Positions 59,053-64,000 of a stretch of 64,000 bases of DNA are shown one piece after another (position 1 is the stretch's first letter; every line of letters starts with the position of its first letter). The stretch is from Candidatus Moraniibacteriota bacterium (GTDB lineage: Bacteria; Patescibacteriota; Minisyncoccia; Moranbacterales; DUUL01): contig JBFHIG010000001.1 of assembly GCA_041596615.1 (NCBI GenBank), forward strand, positions 77,382 through 141,381, read 5' to 3'. The notes beneath the pieces are model-generated. The model saw only the letters and a program-made list of their open reading frames with translations. It made no database searches and had not been told where the DNA came from. The position numbers and the translations under genes were made by a program.

Positions 59053-60456
59053 CTAGTTACCTTTTGCTGATTTTTTTGGTTTATTTATCCTAGTAATCTT
59101 AGCCGATGAGTGAAAAAATGCAAGACAAACCCAGAAAATAAGGATTCCTTGAGGTAGTGTCCAAAAATAATGGTCTGCAAAACCAAGCACTAAAAAAGCA
59201 AAGAAGCATAAAATAAATGGGTTGTGAAGCCTTCCAAAAAAACCCTTTTTGAAAATTTGCCCTAAGTGAACAAGGAGATAAAGAAATAGCGCCAAGCCAA
59301 TTAATCCAACTTCACTAGCAATTAAAAGATATAGGTTGTGCACCGGTTGTTGGGCCCAAGAGGTAATTTTCTTAGAAGCTTTTTCTTTTTGAAAAGTAAC
59401 AAAGTTCCCCATACCAACTCCTTGCAACGGATGTAAGACGATCTCAGAGTGGGCTGTTTTTAGGTACTCCACGCGCAAATTTATAGAATTGTCATTCGCA
59501 CAATGGTTAAAGCAAATACGAGGTGAGAGGGTGTTATAGGAAACAAAAAGCAATGAAAAGAGCAACAATATACTGAAAGTTCCTTGTAACACTCTTGGTA
59601 TATAAAAATGCTCATAAATTTGTCTAAACACCAAAAAAAACTTCTCTTTATGAACGATTATAAGAATTAGTATAAAAATAAATAACACCAGAATTACGGA
59701 ACGAGAATAAGAAAAAACAATACCAGTAATAATTATAGCCAGAGAGCTGGGCAAAAAAATATTTAAAACCTTAGACTTTTTTGAGATATTGGCATAGATA
59801 ACAAGCCAAATTCCGGCCGCAAAGGCAAGTAGTAAAAAAGCCGCAAAAACATTGGGGTGGGGGAATGTTCCGTATGCTCTGATTATTTTACTTCCAGCCA
59901 CTTCAAACTTAGCAACACCAGGAATTGTATTTGCAATGGTGCTTTCCCCAAGAAGCTTTAAGCCAATTGATTTTTGAAAAACGAACTGTAATATACCAAT
60001 AACACTTTGAATTACCCCTGAAACAAGTAAGGCAAAAGAGGCATAAATAAAAGATTTTCGCTTATATTCAAATACCTTGCGCAAGACTAAGAAAGTTAAA
60101 ATGGCCATTAAAATACGACTTGTTACATAGGCAGCAACTAACAAGTCTGTTGCAAAAAAAACAGAGAAAACTAGCCATACAATAAACAAAGAAAGGGGGT
60201 TTTTAAATAATTTTAAATAATTTTTCTCCTTAGAAATAGGTTTTTTGGAGAAAAATATTTCATAGCAAAGGGATAAAAATAACAAAAGAAAAGAAATATC
60301 AAAAAAAAAGAGTGAAAATGAGACATTTTCACGGAATCCATCAATTTGTTGTATCTGATCAAAATTGAAAATAGTCCTGATATTAAAAGGAATTGTCGCT
60401 AAAAAAAGCAACGCAGATAGTAGAGGTGCGTATCTTAAAGTTTTTTTTATGTTCAT
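59053..60456 (-). CDS. O-antigen ligase/polymerase-like (Wzy_C) polytopic membrane protein
   Basis: More than 10 TM helices with a periplasmic loop, sitting in the glycan-gene neighbourhood. Family assignment is tentative. Confidence 0.45.
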   Translation of the reverse strand: MNIKKTLRYAPLLSALLFLATIPFNIRTIFNFDQIQQIDGFRENVSFSLFFFDISFLLLFLSLCYEIFFSKKPISKEKNYLKLFKNPLSLFIVWLVFSVFFATDLLVAAYVTSRILMAILTFLVLRKVFEYKRKSFIYASFALLVSGVIQSVIGILQFVFQKSIGLKLLGESTIANTIPGVAKFEVAGSKIIRAYGTFPHPNVFAAFLLLAFAAGIWLVIYANISKKSKVLNIFLPSSLAIIITGIVFSYSRSVILVLFIFILILIIVHKEKFFLVFRQIYEHFYIPRVLQGTFSILLLFSLLFVSYNTLSPRICFNHCANDNSINLRVEYLKTAHSEIVLHPLQGVGMGNFVTFQKEKASKKITSWAQQPVHNLYLLIASEVGLIGLALFLYLLVHLGQIFKKGFFGRLHNPFILCFFAFLVLGFADHYFWTLPQGILIFWVCLAFFHSSAKITRINKPKKSAKGN

Positions 60457-60624
60457 TTTTATCGAAGAGTTTTTATTTTAAATAAATTCCAAAAAAGAAT
60501 GTTTTTCCGCTATATATATATTCATTTTTATGCCAGAAAAAATCTTTCAATTCTTGCACCTGAAGTATAAAGTATTGGCCCTGGAAGTTCAAGTTTACAA
60601 AACACTTGCCAAATATTTGATTTT

Positions 60625-62229
60625 ATGCTATATTATAATAATTTCGAAATTAGGGTAAAAGAAAGTCTAAATTTTTTAATTTATAGTAAAGTGGAATTGG
60701 TAAATTTTGTTAAGAGCACTTTCAAGGAAACCGCGATTACTTTAGCAACTGGAATAGTTGCTTTTGCATTACTTCTTGTTACAACATTAAATTTTACATT
60801 AGCTGCAGCAACTTTGCTGTTGTTTGTTTCAGTTGCTGTTTTTCAAAAAAGCTTTTCGAGGGGTTGGCTTTTTCTTTTTTTGATCGTAATTATGTTCCCT
60901 TCGACTAAAATAACGCCACATGTTGCAACTATTTCAGATATTCTTTTGACCCTGCTTGCGGTTATAGGCTTAATTTCTATTGTTTTTGAAAATGTAAAGG
61001 TCTCTTTAAATAAGTTGACTTTTTATTTTTTATTACTACTAATATCGGGTGTAAGTATAGTATTCTTTGGAAAATATTTTGGGGTTGAAATTGACAGTAG
61101 TGTTTGGTCGCTCAGCTTTTCAATTCTCTTCTATTGGTTAACTTTGACAACCTTTCATTATTTTTTTCAAACACAAAAGCGTTTAAAAAGATTTTTTAGC
61201 ATTCTTATAACCGCTGGCGTTGCCCATTCGCTTTTTGGGATTATAGCTTTTTTTACCTCATGGCAATCCTCTAGTGGATTAGGAATTTCCACCGGTAAAG
61301 TTCAAAATTTAATTTTTTCCTCTGTTAAATGTCAAATAAATGGATTTTTAGGTGATGGATTTATTTTGAGGATTGGGGCAAATGCTCTTGCGCCACTGCT
61401 TTTAATTTCAATTACGATTACAATTGGAATGTTGATAAGCGCTAAAAAAAGAGCAAAGAGAGTCAGACCACTAAGTATAATTGAGGAAAAGGCGAAGCTT
61501 TTTGATTCTGCATATTCAATCGAGAGAGCCAATTTTTTGAAAGAAAAGTTGTTTCAAAAGATAAAAGAAAGTTTTGTGCGTGAAAATATTTCCAAATTTT
61601 TGCGAAGCAAGGCAATGTTGAGCTTGTTGTTAATAGTTCAGGTCATAGCACTCATATTAACTTTTTCATATGTAGCATTAATTGCTCTAGGGATTGGTCT
61701 TTTTATTATAGGAATACTTTTGAGAAATGCTCGTCTGATTTCAGTAACGGCAAGTTTTTTAATTGTTTTGACCTTGGTCTTGCCAGCTTTTCGTCCTATG
61801 GATACTCAGCAAAAGGACGGTTTGCAGAATTGGTTTTCTGGTTTTGAGCAAGTGAAACAAAATTTTATTTGGGGGAGTGGATGGAAGGTGGATAAAGAAA
61901 ATCAAATTGGAAGTGAAGAGAGAATACATAATTCTTATCTAGTGATTTGGAACAATTTTGGTTTAATTGGAATAACAATCTTTCTGGGAGCCTTATATCA
62001 ATACTTTAAGGATTTAAGGTCGGTATACATCCGATCTGATGGTGTAAAAAGGATTTGGTTAGTAGCAATTATAGCTATTTATTTTGAATTTTTGTTGATG
62101 GGCCTAACTAGTAACACGTTGTTATTTGGACCAGCAGCCTTAGTTTTTTGGGTTTTGTATGGAGCAGTACTTAATCTAAAACAGCGACAAATTATTTTTG
62201 GACTCACAGAAACAAGATTAATAAATTAA
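60625..62229 (+). CDS. O-antigen ligase-like / glycan polymerase-like polytopic membrane protein
   Basis: About 12 TM helices, divergent from the previous gene. Assignment is tentative. Confidence 0.4.
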   Translation: MLYYNNFEIRVKESLNFLIYSKVELVNFVKSTFKETAITLATGIVAFALLLVTTLNFTLAAATLLLFVSVAVFQKSFSRGWLFLFLIVIMFPSTKITPHVATISDILLTLLAVIGLISIVFENVKVSLNKLTFYFLLLLISGVSIVFFGKYFGVEIDSSVWSLSFSILFYWLTLTTFHYFFQTQKRLKRFFSILITAGVAHSLFGIIAFFTSWQSSSGLGISTGKVQNLIFSSVKCQINGFLGDGFILRIGANALAPLLLISITITIGMLISAKKRAKRVRPLSIIEEKAKLFDSAYSIERANFLKEKLFQKIKESFVRENISKFLRSKAMLSLLLIVQVIALILTFSYVALIALGIGLFIIGILLRNARLISVTASFLIVLTLVLPAFRPMDTQQKDGLQNWFSGFEQVKQNFIWGSGWKVDKENQIGSEERIHNSYLVIWNNFGLIGITIFLGALYQYFKDLRSVYIRSDGVKRIWLVAIIAIYFEFLLMGLTSNTLLFGPAALVFWVLYGAVLNLKQRQIIFGLTETRLIN

Positions 62230-62276
62230 TCCTAACCAAGGGTGGATATTTCTATTAAAAAGTTTAATTTAAACAT

Positions 62277-63662
62277 ATGCTAGATAATCAAGAAAAGAGA
62301 CGTCAAAATAAATTTTTATTGAAATTTTGGGTTATCGCAATCATATTTTTGACAGGGTGGTATTTTTTCCTGCAAATAGGGGCAGATAAAATTGTTTCAA
62401 TTAGCAAGGTTGCAAATTCAGTGGTTAATGTTTTGCCGATTGAAAAGGAAAGGAAAGAGGAACTCACTACGATTTTTAGTATAATTCCAGAAATAGCAAC
62501 AAAGGAGGAGAAGACTTTTCTGATTTTGTTTCAAAACAATAACGAATTGCGCCCAGGAGGTGGCTATATAGGATCTTTTGGGATTTTGAAAATTAAGGGA
62601 GAAAAGGTTGTTGCAATTGACACACATGATACAAATATCTTTGATTCTGGGAGTGAGACAAAGATAAAACCACCTTTCCCAATGAAAGAATTTTTAAAAA
62701 TTTCTGATTGGGAATTGAGGGACTCAAACTGGTCTCCTGATTTTGCAACAAATGCTACTCGCGCCGAAGAATTATATCATCTTGAGGGCGGAGAAGAACA
62801 GCTCGATGGAGTAGTGGCTATTTCAACAAAATTGTTACCTTCCTTTTTGGAAATAACGGGCCCAGTGGCGATTGCTGGTTTTCCTGGTGAATATAATTCT
62901 GAAAATGCCATTGAAAAACTTCAATATCAAGTTGAAAAGGGCTATGTGGACCAAGAGATATTAGAGGGAGAACGAAAATATATAATGAAAGATTTAGCAA
63001 AAGCAATTTTAGCAAAGGCTGAAAAAATAAGTCTTTCGAATAAAAAGAGCCTGCTTGAAAAAATGGAAAAACATTTGAATGAAAAAGATGTGATGGTTTA
63101 TTTTAAGGACCCTGAGCTTCAAAAGAAAATCAAAAAGCTTGGCTGGGATGGAGATTTGAGGGACGCCGAAAAAGATTTCTTGATGATGGTTGATGCAAAC
63201 TTAGCTTCATATAAAACAGACCAAGTTATAAAGCGTACATTTGATTATACAGTTGATTTCTCCCGTCAAAAACCACGAGCAACTCTAGATATCACTTATA
63301 GCCACACGGGAAGAGAGAGTACTTGGAATATTAAAGAGTATACTTCGTATCTAAGAATTTTTGTTCCAAATGAAAGTTGGCTAGTAACATCAGAAAACAT
63401 TTCACAACTTAAATACGGCACGGAAAACAATAAGAAATTTTTTGGTGGAATTGTAAATGTTCCAATGGGGACGATAAGAACTGTGTCATTTGTTTATGAT
63501 TTACCAGAAAACATAACCTTTGAAGATTATAAAATTCTAATTCAAAAACAATCGGGCATCCCTTCTGTTAAGGGTAAAATTAAGATTATTGATGAAGATG
63601 GGAAGGGGACTGGGTATGCTGTGGAGTTAAAAGAAGATTGGGAAATTAGCAGAAACGAATAA
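62277..63662 (+). CDS. DUF4012-domain protein (N-terminal TM anchor)
   Basis: LILFQNNNELRPGGGYIGSFGILK resembles the DUF4012 signature (AELRPTGGFIGSYG). Confidence 0.5.
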   Translation: MLDNQEKRRQNKFLLKFWVIAIIFLTGWYFFLQIGADKIVSISKVANSVVNVLPIEKERKEELTTIFSIIPEIATKEEKTFLILFQNNNELRPGGGYIGSFGILKIKGEKVVAIDTHDTNIFDSGSETKIKPPFPMKEFLKISDWELRDSNWSPDFATNATRAEELYHLEGGEEQLDGVVAISTKLLPSFLEITGPVAIAGFPGEYNSENAIEKLQYQVEKGYVDQEILEGERKYIMKDLAKAILAKAEKISLSNKKSLLEKMEKHLNEKDVMVYFKDPELQKKIKKLGWDGDLRDAEKDFLMMVDANLASYKTDQVIKRTFDYTVDFSRQKPRATLDITYSHTGRESTWNIKEYTSYLRIFVPNESWLVTSENISQLKYGTENNKKFFGGIVNVPMGTIRTVSFVYDLPENITFEDYKILIQKQSGIPSVKGKIKIIDEDGKGTGYAVELKEDWEISRNE

Positions 63663-63675
63663 GACAAAAAATAGC

Positions 63676-63708
63676 AAAAAGATCTGGTTTTAAGAGCTAG
63701 ATCTTTTT
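63676..63708 (+). terminator. Intrinsic terminator after the DUF4012 gene
   Basis: AAAAGATCT ... AGATCTTTT stem followed by a T-run. Confidence 0.5.
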
Positions 63709-63801
63709 TGTTTATACAAAACTAGATTTTTGGAATGCTTTTAAAAATAAACTTCACGTGCTAAAATTATTTTACTTAACTAATTCTAAGATAAATAGCT
63801 A

Positions 63802-64000
63802 ATGGATTTTATTAAAACAAAGCTTGGAGGAGCTTTCCTTGTTCAACCAAAAGTATTTGAAGATCACAGGGGTTTTTTCTTTGAATCATATTCCAAAAAA
63901 ATTTTTGCAGAAAATGGGATTGTAGATGATTTTGTGCAAGACAATCATTCACTTTCAGTTGAGAAGGGCGTCTTGAGAGGGTTGCATTTTCAACTTCCAC
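63802..64000 (+). CDS. rfbC: dTDP-4-dehydrorhamnose 3,5-epimerase, 5' portion (runs off the window)
   Basis: MDFIKTKLGGAFLVQPKVFEDHRGFFFESY ... VQDNHS ... GVLRGLHFQ matches the RmlC N-terminus. Confidence 0.75.
   Translation, partial: MDFIKTKLGGAFLVQPKVFEDHRGFFFESYSKKIFAENGIVDDFVQDNHSLSVEKGVLRGLHFQLP

Noticed and set aside
1-64000. Search for CRISPR arrays, integrases/transposases, restriction-modification, toxin-antitoxin, retron or other defence operons
   Set aside because: No direct-repeat/spacer arrays and no recombinase, nuclease/methylase or reverse-transcriptase-like ORFs were found. The only mobile-element-like signals are the small non-coding repeats described in the findings.

Overview
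This is an AT-rich (roughly mid-30s % GC) bacterial chromosomal segment, read with the standard code. Most of it is densely packed housekeeping genes on both strands. The small proteins, lone groES, tRNAs mostly without encoded CCA, sparse biosynthesis and many short hypotheticals suggest a reduced, small-genome (possibly Patescibacteria/CPR-like) organism; that is inference only.

Recognisable genes, in order:
- 5'-truncated DedA/TVP38::pyridine-nucleotide-disulfide oxidoreductase fusion
- mscL
- membrane/coiled-coil/double-zinc-ribbon protein, then a TIM-barrel protein
- MFS transporter broken by a frameshift in a T8 tract
- tandem XRE-type HTH protein (minus strand)
- NUDIX hydrolase
- rpmE (L31) with a Lys-rich tail
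- tRNA-Ile(GAU) and tRNA-Ala(UGC)
- PurM-like protein, S51 peptidase-like protein, MtaB/MiaB-type methylthiotransferase
- SpoIIM/DUF95 membrane protein, a cupin, DUF1003, groES (no groEL), BNR-repeat lipoprotein
- frr, rseP, proS, a rhodanese
- mreB-mreC-mreD-mrdA
- yebC, ruvC, dnaB, recR
- dusB
- cysK-cysS operon preceded by what looks like a Cys T-box leader
- DUF4870 protein, an alpha/beta hydrolase, a PST-family flippase, small membrane/secreted hypotheticals, a second NUDIX
- CorA-like transporter with a non-canonical pore motif
- yidD, rel
- tRNA-fMet and tRNA-Met
- cell-envelope glycan cluster: GT4, LCP, GT2, CtpA, YvcK
- tRNA-Lys and tRNA-Arg
- AbrB/MazE-like 58-aa ORF that the ORF track missed
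- D-2-hydroxyacid dehydrogenase, tRNA-His, ROK kinase, VanW, Hsp20, valS
- two O-antigen-ligase-like membrane proteins, a DUF4012 protein, and the 5' end of rfbC

No CRISPR array, integrase, transposase or recognisable defence operon is present, and I did not find a clearly novel multi-gene system. The features most worth a second look are all non-coding:
- a family of GC-rich hairpin repeats in intergenic islands at ~9.5 kb, ~39.9 kb and ~50.3 kb
- a pair of related GC-rich elements that each end in an identical 26-nt palindrome (~11.9-12.15 kb and ~30.6-30.8 kb)
- a 57-bp direct repeat of the tRNA-Ala 3' end plus its terminator, flanking a 114-bp insert (an att-site-like scar)
- a Cys T-box-like leader upstream of cysK-cysS
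- the 1.5-kb gene-free tRNA/ncRNA island at 8.5-10 kb
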